Shown one piece after another: positions 29,886 to 39,043 of a stretch of DNA of 64,000 bases. The notes beneath the pieces were generated by a model, which had not been told where the DNA came from, ran no database searches, and worked only from the letters and a program-made list of their open reading frames with translations. The stretch's first letter is position 1. Every line of letters starts with the position of its first letter. The position numbers and the translations under genes are program-made. Source of the stretch: Candidatus Heimdallarchaeota archaeon (GTDB lineage Archaea > Asgardarchaeota > Heimdallarchaeia > Heimdallarchaeales > Heimdallarchaeaceae); contig JAUVXV010000011.1 of assembly GCA_030603365.1 (NCBI GenBank), positions 79,307-143,306 on the forward strand, read 5' to 3'.

Positions 29886-30851
29886 ATGGGAGTGTTCAGG
29901 TTGAGAAATGCAAAACAATCACAGATTTTGAAATTCAATAAGAAGGGCATTCCACTTGTGATAATAGGCTTACCTCAAGGAGGAAAATCTACTTTTGTAA
30001 AACGTGTTAAAACAGGAGAATTCTTTGAAACTCGTGCTACCATGGGTATGCAATTTGAAACAGCTGAAATTGGAGATATACGTTTTGACATTTTTGATTT
30101 GGGTGGACATAAATCATATCGAAAAACAATTTGGCAAACATACACAAAACTTGCTTATGGGTTAATTTTCATTATCGACTCAGCAAATCCTGAAACTTTT
30201 GATCTTGCAAAAAAAGAGTTCTGGAGAAGTATTGATTTAAAAGGAGACCAAGATGAATTCATCATTCTATTCCTCTGCAATAAATCTGATTTAGATGAAA
30301 GTGTTGATTTAGAAACCATCATCAATCATATGGAACTCTATAAGTTAGTCGAAAAAGAAAATGCTTCTTTTCAATTTTTCAAAACCAGTATGAAGACTGG
30401 GGAAAATGTTGATGCAACACTTAAATGGTTAGTTAGCAATACTTCAAGAATTGTACAAAAACGCACTATACATCCTCAAATGTTCATGCTTGCAGATTTA
30501 GAAGGTTTTCCAATCTTAGAGATAGATAAAATGGACTTAGAAGAAGATCCTTCACTTATGGCTGGATTCCTGTCTGCAATTGAGAGTTTTAGTCAGAAAC
30601 TGTTTGGCAAAACAGGAATCCTACAATTCATGCAATCGGGGGATTACAAATATATAGTAAAAACTGATGACAAATTCATTTATTCCTTAATTATAAAGAT
30701 GGACGAATGTCAGGAAGAGGCGAGAAGATTAATTGAAATTGTTAGCGAGAATGTCTATAACATGGAGAATTTTGGTATACTGGAAGGGATAATTACTCAA
30801 TTATTAAACATAGATCCGTCTGAGTATGTTTTAAGAAAAGGTTTTATTTGA
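29886..30851 (+). CDS. Arf/Sar1-like small GTPase fused to a C-terminal longin/roadblock-type domain
   Basis: G1 GLPQGGKS, G2 ATMG, G3 DLGGH, G4 NKSD, G5 TSMKTG; C-terminal LADLEGFPI...DPSLMAGFLSAIESFS. Confidence 0.9.
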   Translation: MGVFRLRNAKQSQILKFNKKGIPLVIIGLPQGGKSTFVKRVKTGEFFETRATMGMQFETAEIGDIRFDIFDLGGHKSYRKTIWQTYTKLAYGLIFIIDSANPETFDLAKKEFWRSIDLKGDQDEFIILFLCNKSDLDESVDLETIINHMELYKLVEKENASFQFFKTSMKTGENVDATLKWLVSNTSRIVQKRTIHPQMFMLADLEGFPILEIDKMDLEEDPSLMAGFLSAIESFSQKLFGKTGILQFMQSGDYKYIVKTDDKFIYSLIIKMDECQEEARRLIEIVSENVYNMENFGILEGIITQLLNIDPSEYVLRKGFI

Positions 30852-30900
30852 AGCAGAAAGAAAAGCATAAAAGCTCTTGAGATACATCACCTTTAGAGCT

Positions 30901-32271
30901 ATGGTAAAGGAATTCTTTTATCCCAAGACAATTGCAGTAATAGGAGCAACAGCTGATCCTAAGAAATTTGGTAATGCAGTTACTGTAAATCTACTAGAAA
31001 ATGACCAATTAGAGAGTGAGATTTTTCCAATTAATCCTAAATCTACAGAAATACTAGGCTTGAAAAGTTATTCATCTATTCTAGAAGTAGATAAGGAGGT
31101 TGATTTAGCGATTCTTCTAGTTCCTTCAAAAGCTGTATCACTAGTAGTAGATCAGTGTATAGAAAAACTAGTTAAAAGAATAATCATTGTATCAGCTGGT
31201 TTTGGAGAGATTAACGAGGAAGGAAAGAAAATAGAGCAAGAAATGACCAACAAAGCTCATGAAAAAGGGATAAGAATCATTGGTCCAAATTGTGTTGGTA
31301 TAATGAACGTAGATTTAGGAATGAATGCTTCGTTTGTTCTAACCCCACCAAAAGGTAATGTAAGCATTGTAACACAATCGGGCAGTTTTGGAGCAGCATG
31401 CTTGTATGACATGAAATGGCAAGGATTAGGGTTCTCTAAATTTGCTAATCTTGGGAATATGGCAGATATAAATTTAACTGATGTACTTGAATTCTTTAAA
31501 GAGGATGAGAACTCCAAAGTTGTTTGTATATATCTAGAAAATGTTGTGGATGGAAGAAAATTCTATGAAACAATGAAAGAAGTATCAAAGACAAAACCTA
31601 CAATCATATTGAAGGGAGGAAGAACAGCTTATGGAGCATCAGCAGCTGCTAGTCATACAGGTTCTATTGCAACAGATTATAGTTCTCTCAAAGCTGCTAT
31701 CAAACAATCTGGTGCGACATTATGTGAAAGTATGAGTGACTATGTTGCTGCTATCAAAGCGTTTTCATTCTTACCTTTACCTGATGGGAACAGAGTAGGA
31801 ATTCTTACTAATAGTGGAGGAAGCGCAGTTTTATTCAGTGATTATGCTGAAGAATACGGGTTAGAACTAGCAGATTTTTCAAAAGGATTCAAAGAAAAAA
31901 TCGCCCCTTACATCATACCTTTGGTAAAGAAAGTCAATCCCTTAGATTTGATAGCTGGTGCAAATGGTGAAACATATTATCAAGTTACAAAAGCAATGCT
32001 TGAGGATCCTAATATCGACATTGTTGTCCCTTGTGCTGTTATTCCTACATTCTTAGGAATGACTTTAGATGAACATTACTCAGGAGTCATAAGAGCGTGG
32101 AATGAAACAGTTAGAAAGAAACCTATCATACCAATTTTCCTGAGTGGAGAACTACTTGAAAAAACAAAAGAATTAGCTGAAAAAGAACAGGCACCAGTAT
32201 TTATGTCACCTAGAGAAGCTGCATTTGCAGTAAAAGTTTTGATAGATAGAATGAAAAAACTTCAGAAGTAG
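30901..32271 (+). CDS. acdA: Acyl/acetate-CoA ligase (ADP-forming) alpha subunit
   Basis: PKTIAVIGA, SAGFGE, GPNCVG, QSGS, LGNMAD, KGGRT..G..AAASHTG (phospho-His), TNSGG and NPLD. Confidence 0.88.
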   Translation: MVKEFFYPKTIAVIGATADPKKFGNAVTVNLLENDQLESEIFPINPKSTEILGLKSYSSILEVDKEVDLAILLVPSKAVSLVVDQCIEKLVKRIIIVSAGFGEINEEGKKIEQEMTNKAHEKGIRIIGPNCVGIMNVDLGMNASFVLTPPKGNVSIVTQSGSFGAACLYDMKWQGLGFSKFANLGNMADINLTDVLEFFKEDENSKVVCIYLENVVDGRKFYETMKEVSKTKPTIILKGGRTAYGASAAASHTGSIATDYSSLKAAIKQSGATLCESMSDYVAAIKAFSFLPLPDGNRVGILTNSGGSAVLFSDYAEEYGLELADFSKGFKEKIAPYIIPLVKKVNPLDLIAGANGETYYQVTKAMLEDPNIDIVVPCAVIPTFLGMTLDEHYSGVIRAWNETVRKKPIIPIFLSGELLEKTKELAEKEQAPVFMSPREAAFAVKVLIDRMKKLQK

Positions 32272-32507
32272 GATCGAAGTATCATCTCTTTCACTTTTTC
32301 AGCATCGTCAGTATATCTAGGATTAAGTTCCTTTCTGCGTTTCATGAAAGAGTCTAAGTCCTCAACTTCTTTGATATAACCCCTCTCCAATAGCTTCAGT
32401 GTGGATAAAAGCAAGGTTATGCTTATTTTGTCTTCTAAGCATTTGTGAATTAATGGAATGGAACGCTCGAAAACTTTGTTGTTACGCATTTTGTCGGAAG
32501 CTACCAT
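32262..32507 (-). CDS. hypothetical protein
   Basis: 81-aa ATG ORF with a TTTAAA box about 25-30 nt upstream. Confidence 0.6.
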   Translation of the reverse strand: MVASDKMRNNKVFERSIPLIHKCLEDKISITLLLSTLKLLERGYIKEVEDLDSFMKRRKELNPRYTDDAEKVKEMILRSYF

Positions 32508-32600
32508 TATAAGACCAATAGGATTATGATATTTAAAGATGTGTCAGACTAAATTATTACCCCCCGAACATCAAAATGATGGAAAAATTAACCTAAATGA

Positions 32601-32843
32601 CTAATTAATATTACTCAAATCTTGTATAGATCTATTTTCTAGAAATTTGTATCCTAACATATAGAACAAAGCAAATGAGAAGCAGAGAATAACAAAAACT
32701 ACCCCCCATATTTCTACAGGCCAAGCACCAGTTTGAAGCTCTATATATCTAAACAAAAAAATAACTCCTACTGATAATGCACCAGTAAGAAGGCTTGCTA
32801 ATGGTGCAAGGATAAAAACGGTCTTTTTTGGATTTCTACTCAC
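32601..32843 (-). CDS. small 2-TM membrane protein
   Basis: Two hydrophobic segments; overlaps the upstream gene's stop. Confidence 0.7.
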   Translation of the reverse strand: MSRNPKKTVFILAPLASLLTGALSVGVIFLFRYIELQTGAWPVEIWGVVFVILCFSFALFYMLGYKFLENRSIQDLSNIN

Positions 32844-33165
32844 TCTTATCTTCCTCTTTATCTTCTTCCAAATCTAGTTGTTCTATCCCTTCTTCTTGTC
32901 TTTCTATCTCTCCTCTACCTTCATATTCTAATACTTTTCCTAAGGGAGTAGACATTATTCTAGGTTTTTTGTAGCTTCGTATATTTGCATAACCTAGATA
33001 GATGATGATAAGATCAAGTATGACTATTACGACCCAAAAAGCTGTATCTTGAGCAAAAGCAGCTAGAATCAATAACCCAACTACTAAAGCGAAAATGATG
33101 AAAGTTAGAGCTGGGATAAATAAACGATGATATTTTGGTTTTACTTTAATCATCATTTTAATCAC
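32836..33165 (-). CDS. small 2-TM membrane protein with acidic tail
   Basis: Two TMs and an EEDKEEDKSE tail; start overlaps the upstream stop. Confidence 0.7.
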   Translation of the reverse strand: MIKMMIKVKPKYHRLFIPALTFIIFALVVGLLILAAFAQDTAFWVVIVILDLIIIYLGYANIRSYKKPRIMSTPLGKVLEYEGRGEIERQEEGIEQLDLEEDKEEDKSE

Positions 33166-33494
33166 TTATTGTTGAAATTAGTTTCTTCATCAAAGACGAT
33201 TTCATTAGTGTTTGACTTTTGTGTATCAATCTTTTCTTTGTGCATTAATAAAGATATCAGTTTAAAGCTGACATAATTTAATATAACAAAGAAAAACCAT
33301 CCAAAAAGAATCCAAACTGAATAGATACCTAATTCATCCCATCTATTCATTGAAATTGTAACTAAAACATAAATAAGAAACGTTCCAAATATTAAAACAC
33401 CGCTTATCAAAATTATTTTTCCAACGAGAGACTGCTTTCTAAATCTAAATGTATCAAACCAAGATCTTACCTTAGATTTTTTCTTAGAACTCAT
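33162..33494 (-). CDS. small 2-TM membrane protein
   Basis: Basic N-terminus and two TMs; first of three overlapping genes. Confidence 0.7.
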   Translation of the reverse strand: MSSKKKSKVRSWFDTFRFRKQSLVGKIILISGVLIFGTFLIYVLVTISMNRWDELGIYSVWILFGWFFFVILNYVSFKLISLLMHKEKIDTQKSNTNEIVFDEETNFNNK

Positions 33495-33581
33495 AGAGAC
33501 AATTATTCAGTCAACTATGATGAATATAAGTTTTGTTCGTTCAGTTAATTAAGGAAAAAAAAGACGAACTCTTGTTCAACC

Positions 33582-34562
33582 TCAAAGTTTCTCTAGAAGC
33601 TCAAGCAATATCATCTGCTTTTCTAACGGTAAAGATTCTTTAGAATGAGCTCTAATTGAGAGGGATTCTAAAGATTGGAAAATCCAGTCTAATTCTGTTC
33701 TTACTAAGCTGTATGCATCCATAGCACTAAGTCCTGGAAGCTGTTTAGAAATGCCTTCAAAATAAGAAGACGATCTTCCTCCATAAACAATACCATCATC
33801 AAGATTGGCAATAATCAAGCTTACAGATGGAATTAGTCCACGATAATCATTAGTTCCAATAATATCGTATCCTCGTTCATAACTAAACGACCAGAATTTG
33901 ACTTTGAGCAGTTTTGTTGGAGAAAGGAAACGAAGTGACTGAATCATTGATTCAACTATATTACGATTACCGGCTACAATTACAGGTATACCAATTACAA
34001 GACCATAAAGGATTTTGTCTATTCCTTCAGGTATCAGTCTTGTAATAACCTCGAAAGAAAGAAAGTCACGGGAGTTATCCAACATACTATCTTTTGCTAC
34101 ATTCTTTAATTTGATCAAGGAGTCATAATCAGTAAGATCTGTCTTTTCAAAAATATTTATCATATTTTGTTGAATATTGGAAAGATATCCAGCGAGACAA
34201 GATTTTATTTGCACACCTATTTCTTCTTCGTAGCTAATAGCTTCATAGGAATTGAACTTGTGTTTGAGTTGCACTTGCTTAAATTCAGCGAGTAAAAGAG
34301 GGAGAATATTACCATTGAACGGGGATTCAATATCTACTAAAAGTGAGGCGACAAGTTCATTTTCATTATAAAAAAACAATATTTTACCTTCATATTCTAT
34401 TTCTCTTGGAAAAGAATAGACAACTTCTGATGAAAGAGTTATAATTGCACTAATGAGACCTGTCACTAATGCATTATCAATTACGACATTTTCTGAATAA
34501 GAGTCGTACTGATAAAGTAATTCCCCATTTTTAGATGTAATAAGTATTTTCACTTCTTTCAC
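33582..34562 (-). CDS. Longin + DENN-domain protein, folliculin-like
   Basis: N-terminal longin pattern (ILITSKNGELLY...DNALVTGLISAI). C-terminal ILYGLVIGIPVIVAGNRNIVESMIQSLRFLSP...KFWSFSYERGYDIIG resembles the recalled folliculin cDENN segment. Confidence 0.65.
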   Translation of the reverse strand: MKEVKILITSKNGELLYQYDSYSENVVIDNALVTGLISAIITLSSEVVYSFPREIEYEGKILFFYNENELVASLLVDIESPFNGNILPLLLAEFKQVQLKHKFNSYEAISYEEEIGVQIKSCLAGYLSNIQQNMINIFEKTDLTDYDSLIKLKNVAKDSMLDNSRDFLSFEVITRLIPEGIDKILYGLVIGIPVIVAGNRNIVESMIQSLRFLSPTKLLKVKFWSFSYERGYDIIGTNDYRGLIPSVSLIIANLDDGIVYGGRSSSYFEGISKQLPGLSAMDAYSLVRTELDWIFQSLESLSIRAHSKESLPLEKQMILLELLEKL

Positions 34563-34772
34563 TCTTACACTAAGTTAGTAAGTAACCTCTAACACACCAT
34601 ATAGTATACAAAGGATACTGTCCACCTTTTTATCTAGCTAGCACGTAGATATTAACCCCGTTAAATATACATTGTCCATAAAATAATATAAATACTATGG
34701 AATACGATGAACTCCAACTAGAGCCAAATTAACGACAAAAAAGCGGAAAGTAGTGTGAGAACTATTTTTGCA

Positions 34773-35147
34773 CTAAATAGGCCAAAGTATTCCGAAGAAG
34801 ATTATGAAGAATATTAAAGGAGGTCCAATGAATCCTACTATTATCAGTACCTTCACCCAGGTCGGCATTCTATTGCGTTTTTTAGGTGGATAAGGGTACT
34901 GTTGACCTGGTACTGCATCATAAGATCCTGAAATACTTGTCACTTGTTGAACTTGTTGAGATTGATACTTTTGATAACCACTATATTGAACATTAGCGGG
35001 TTGAGCTTGAATTTGAGTATTTTTATGGTCATCTTTCATAGTTTGACCACAATTCTCACAAAATTTATTATCGCTCTTATTTCTTGCACCACAGAATTGA
35101 CAAAACATAAAGCTCATATTTCTTTCAAGATTCATTATCCCTTCCAC
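34773..35147 (-). CDS. Zinc-ribbon protein with Gln/Tyr/Pro linker and C-terminal TM (tail-anchored)
   Basis: FCQFCGARN....KFCENCG, QYPYPP and a single C-terminal TM. Confidence 0.75.
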   Translation of the reverse strand: MEGIMNLERNMSFMFCQFCGARNKSDNKFCENCGQTMKDDHKNTQIQAQPANVQYSGYQKYQSQQVQQVTSISGSYDAVPGQQYPYPPKKRNRMPTWVKVLIIVGFIGPPLIFFIIFFGILWPI

Positions 35148-35293
35148 ATATTTAAAATCATTCTTTTATTCTTATTAATACTCAAATATGTAAAAATCTT
35201 CACAATATAATTCAAATAAATTTGCTTGCAAAACTATTTTAAAGGATTAGCAGAAGATTAGATACCATTCATGAAATAAAATGAGGAAATGAT

Positions 35294-36079
35294 TTGGTAA
35301 CTACAACTCAATCAACTGAATCACTTGCAAATCTATTCAAAATTTCTGCTGGAATTTTCATAGTATCAGCGATATTGGACATTCTGTCTGTCTATATTGC
35401 TATAGTCGGGATTTTCTATATCTGGCTAGTAGGAATGGTAATAGGATTTGCTTTTTTTGCATATGTGTTAAATAAAACAAACGAAATTTACCATGGTTCT
35501 GATAATACACTCAAAGGTGCTATGGGTGTTATTGTTCTCATGGTAATATTGGAATTAGTATTGTGGGTTGGTTTATCAAGCGGATGGGAGTTTGTGTGGA
35601 ATTTCGCAATGTTCTTGTTCTTAGGTGTTGATATCCTTAGGGGTATTGGTTTCACATTAGCTTTTATTGGATTGAAGAAGATAGATAGAAGTTTGAATAG
35701 TCCATTTTACCCAATATATGGTTGGGCACCTTTAGTATTTGAAGCACTTTTTTGGACAACTGAATCTCCAGTCGACGATATAATACTTGATGTAGAAATA
35801 TGGGTAGTTTTAGTACTACTAATAACATTGGCTGTTATGCAATTTATTAATGCAAATAAGGTAGCAGAACTTTCACCACAACCTAAACCAGTTGCACCGG
35901 GCTATTCACCATATCAACCTTATCAACAACAAACTCAAGGACCGGTTTACCAAACACAAAAACCAGTACAAGAATCACAAACAGAATTACCTATGCAAGA
36001 TACGAAATTTTGTGAACATTGTGGAGCAAAAATCGCAGCTGATGCAAAATTCTGTACAAACTGTGGTTCATCTACTTAG
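35294..36079 (+). CDS. Multi-TM membrane protein with C-terminal zinc ribbon
   Basis: About 6 TMs, a PGYSPYQPYQQQ linker and FCEHCGAKI....KFCTNCG. Confidence 0.8.
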   Translation: MVTTTQSTESLANLFKISAGIFIVSAILDILSVYIAIVGIFYIWLVGMVIGFAFFAYVLNKTNEIYHGSDNTLKGAMGVIVLMVILELVLWVGLSSGWEFVWNFAMFLFLGVDILRGIGFTLAFIGLKKIDRSLNSPFYPIYGWAPLVFEALFWTTESPVDDIILDVEIWVVLVLLITLAVMQFINANKVAELSPQPKPVAPGYSPYQPYQQQTQGPVYQTQKPVQESQTELPMQDTKFCEHCGAKIAADAKFCTNCGSST

Positions 36080-36173
36080 GTTAAAGGGAATATTTTTTCT
36101 TTTCTCTTTTTCTATTTACTCATTTCGAAAAACAATTAAGCAGAAGGCTGATATTCAAGAACAATCAGTATAG

Positions 36174-37268
36174 GTGACATACTTGAATTGGTTTATTATT
36201 ACTACAAACAGATGTAATCTTTTCTGTCAGTATTGCCAGAACGAACCTCATCCTGATCTACCAATTGAACCCAATTGGGAGGTAGAACAACTAGCTCAAT
36301 TCTTAGAAAAGGATGAGAATCCAACTATCTGTTTCTATGGGGGAGAACCATTAATTTTCATAGAGCTAATTCAAGAAGTCATGGATGCAATTCCAGCTGA
36401 TCATTACACTTTACAAACCAATGGATTACTCCTTCACAAACTTCCTACTGAATATTTGAACCGGTTTTCATCAATACTTATTTCACTTGATGGGAATGAA
36501 AAAATAACCGATTATAGTAGAGGAGAAGGTACTTACAAGAAAATACTCAGGAACATAAAAGACATCAGATCAAGAGGATATAATGGAGATTTGATTGCAC
36601 GAATGGCTGTTCATGAAAAATCTGATGTTTACAAGGATGTTTTACATTTACTAAACAACAATAATTTGACATTTGATAATGTTCATTGGCAGCTGGATGT
36701 TCAGTGGGATGAAGGTATAGAAACCAGATGGAACGATTTTCCCAATTGGGTAAAATTATATAATAAAGGAATTTCAAAACTTGTCCGATATTGGCTTGAA
36801 GAAATGAGAGAAGGGAAAATTAGAGGAATAGTACCGTTTTTAGGAATTTTTAGAAATATAGTGAATGAAACTTCTACTGATTTACCTTGTGAAGCAGGAT
36901 TACGAAGTTTTGCAATAAGAACAGATGGAGTGATTACAATCTGTCCTCTTCCCCCAGAATATGAATTTACTATAATGGGAGACTTAGATTCTTCAACACC
37001 TTCACAGCTTGAGAACTCCCTGAGGATCGGAGAAAAATGTCAAGAATGTGAGGTATATGGTTTATGTGGTGGAAGATGTCTCTTCGCAGAGAAAAGTAAA
37101 CTGTGGGGAGAGGAAGGGTTCGAGATGGTCTGTGAAACAGTCAAGCATCTTATCAAAGAATTAGAAGGAATAAAAGAAGAAGTATTAGGTCTCGTAAACA
37201 ATGGAATTATCAAATTAGAGAATTTTGAATATCCAGAATATAACAATACAACAGAAATAATACCTTGA
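36174..37268 (+). CDS. Radical SAM/SPASM enzyme (AF0577-like, putative peptide-modifying)
   Basis: CNLFCQYC, FYGGEPL, QTNG, SLDG, HWQLD; SPASM Cys set CEAG...ICP...CQEC....CGGRC...C; ends EIIP. Confidence 0.85.
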   Translation: MTYLNWFIITTNRCNLFCQYCQNEPHPDLPIEPNWEVEQLAQFLEKDENPTICFYGGEPLIFIELIQEVMDAIPADHYTLQTNGLLLHKLPTEYLNRFSSILISLDGNEKITDYSRGEGTYKKILRNIKDIRSRGYNGDLIARMAVHEKSDVYKDVLHLLNNNNLTFDNVHWQLDVQWDEGIETRWNDFPNWVKLYNKGISKLVRYWLEEMREGKIRGIVPFLGIFRNIVNETSTDLPCEAGLRSFAIRTDGVITICPLPPEYEFTIMGDLDSSTPSQLENSLRIGEKCQECEVYGLCGGRCLFAEKSKLWGEEGFEMVCETVKHLIKELEGIKEEVLGLVNNGIIKLENFEYPEYNNTTEIIP

Positions 37269-37274
37269 AGGAGA

Positions 37275-38216
37275 TCAAAGAATCCATAGACTATCTATAA
37301 TAGTAGTTTTCTCATCTTCGAATTTTCTTAATATCCCACATTTAACAAGTTCATCTAGTTCGTTTTCGACATTCTGTTTTGATGCTCTAACTTGTGAAGT
37401 AAGGGAATCAATAGGTATTCCTCCATTGCGATGCTCTTTCAAAACTACTAGAACAATCTCTCGTTGAAGAGGAGGGAGAGAAAGAATACTCATCATGTCT
37501 AGATATTCCGGTTCTTTTTGTTTCTCAAGTATAAGTTGAAGCTGTGAGGATAATCTGGATAGAGTTGAAATATTGAAATCATGTATGTCAAAGATCCAAT
37601 TAGTTAATCTTTGAATGAGTGTATCAATCTTTACTGTGTTATCATTGAATTTCTGATAATAATCTTGTGAGAAGACCATGAACAAAACTACGGGAACCTT
37701 AGCTCCCATTTCATCAAAAAGAGGGAGAAAGACGGGTTTTACCCACATTTTCACATCATCAAGATAAAAGGGTTCCAAAAACTTGTTTACGGCCTTGTTT
37801 TCATCCTCAAAATAGATATTTACGAAATTCTCTGTAAAGGTATCTAGATGGAATTGAGTAGAAGCTTCAGGTTTGATAGTTGAGAAATTCATTGTATAAC
37901 CACCATTAGCTTCTTTGTAACCAACTAAGTTGAAATCTAATCCCTCAGAAACTGGTTTATGAACCTTTTCAATTGTTATACGCAATCGAGAAGGAAGTAC
38001 TTTAGAAGAGATAAAGGGTTTGATATGACCAACAGTAATGTGCCTAGAAGAGGAGAGCTTTTTACTAAAGGGATAAGAATCATCTTTATCAATTAACTGC
38101 ACGTAACCTTCAAGTAAATCCCCAGAATCAATAAATGTTAACCAAGTAGGGATAGTAACGCGGTTTGAAGAGGTTACAGTTGACTCGAAGGTTACAGGAA
38201 GTTTCATTGCAAACAC
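37275..38216 (-). CDS. Putative regulator: AbrB-like N-terminus, uDENN/longin-like middle, C-terminal winged helix
   Basis: FESTVTSSNRVTIP and FSKKLSSSRHITV twin AbrB-like hairpins; LPPLQREIV...SKQNVENELDELVKCGIL wHTH. Confidence 0.55.
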   Translation of the reverse strand: MFAMKLPVTFESTVTSSNRVTIPTWLTFIDSGDLLEGYVQLIDKDDSYPFSKKLSSSRHITVGHIKPFISSKVLPSRLRITIEKVHKPVSEGLDFNLVGYKEANGGYTMNFSTIKPEASTQFHLDTFTENFVNIYFEDENKAVNKFLEPFYLDDVKMWVKPVFLPLFDEMGAKVPVVLFMVFSQDYYQKFNDNTVKIDTLIQRLTNWIFDIHDFNISTLSRLSSQLQLILEKQKEPEYLDMMSILSLPPLQREIVLVVLKEHRNGGIPIDSLTSQVRASKQNVENELDELVKCGILRKFEDEKTTIIDSLWIL

Positions 38217-38287
38217 TTAGTACTTGTAATAGAATATGAAGAGAAAAACATTTGAAGATAAAAATTTTTGGCTATCATTGCTAAAAG

Positions 38288-39043
38288 CTACTCTGAGGAT
38301 TTCGTGTCTTTGGTAGGAGGTTCAAATCCTTTCTTAAAGGGTTTATAGGAGCGATCAAAAACTCTCTTCTGGGCTAAATAGATTAATGCAATGACATAAA
38401 GAATGAAGTTAATTAGAGGGATGAAGTAACCCCAAACTCCAATTGCAATTACGAAGCTAAAAATGCCAAATAGGAGTAAGAAAATCAGCTCAGCATGTTT
38501 AGCAGTAGCAGTTGTAAAAGGTAAAAGTAAATCAGCAAAATCTGGTAAGCCAAAATATACAAAGCAGATGATAAGATAGACAATAATATAATATCCAGCT
38601 GAAAAATCTACCCAATCAAAGAAATTCTTGAAATCTTGGTTGAAGATAAGAAGAAGAATAACGACTACGAAATTCATTAAGGGAGCTATACCAATTAAGA
38701 AAGCATGATAAACATTTTTCAAATCTCCAGACAAGCTCTGACTAGTTACATCTCTTAATGTCATCGACATATGGAAACTAACTTTCACATCATAACCCAG
38801 CAGTCTTATCATTAAAGAATGCCAAAGCATATGGCACCAGCTTCCAGGGAAAAAGATAATATTCAAATATTTCTTGATATCTTTGAAGAGCCAGTCGGTG
38901 AGAATATCCCAGAGTAATTTTGTCATGAAAAGTGCGAAGATTGCAAGGAAAGTAATCCTTGCAGCTCCAGTGAAAACGCCGACTAAAGCTTCATACGTGT
39001 CGACTATTATTGGAGGTACAGCCATAGTTCCTACTCCTCTCAT
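38288..39043 (-). CDS. Membrane zinc-metalloprotease-like protein (M50-like) with degenerate HExxH
   Basis: FFPGSWCHMLWHSLM matches the FFPGxxxHExxH pattern with E replaced by M; IGIAP motif; multiple TMs. Confidence 0.6.
   Translation of the reverse strand: MRGVGTMAVPPIIVDTYEALVGVFTGAARITFLAIFALFMTKLLWDILTDWLFKDIKKYLNIIFFPGSWCHMLWHSLMIRLLGYDVKVSFHMSMTLRDVTSQSLSGDLKNVYHAFLIGIAPLMNFVVVILLLIFNQDFKNFFDWVDFSAGYYIIVYLIICFVYFGLPDFADLLLPFTTATAKHAELIFLLLFGIFSFVIAIGVWGYFIPLINFILYVIALIYLAQKRVFDRSYKPFKKGFEPPTKDTKSSE

Noticed and set aside
34563-34679. Upstream in-frame peptide MDNVYLTGLISTC* resembling DNALVTGLIS of the longin gene
   Set aside because: Only about 10 residues, two in-frame stops, and the ATG is too close to the likely TATA box; probably chance.
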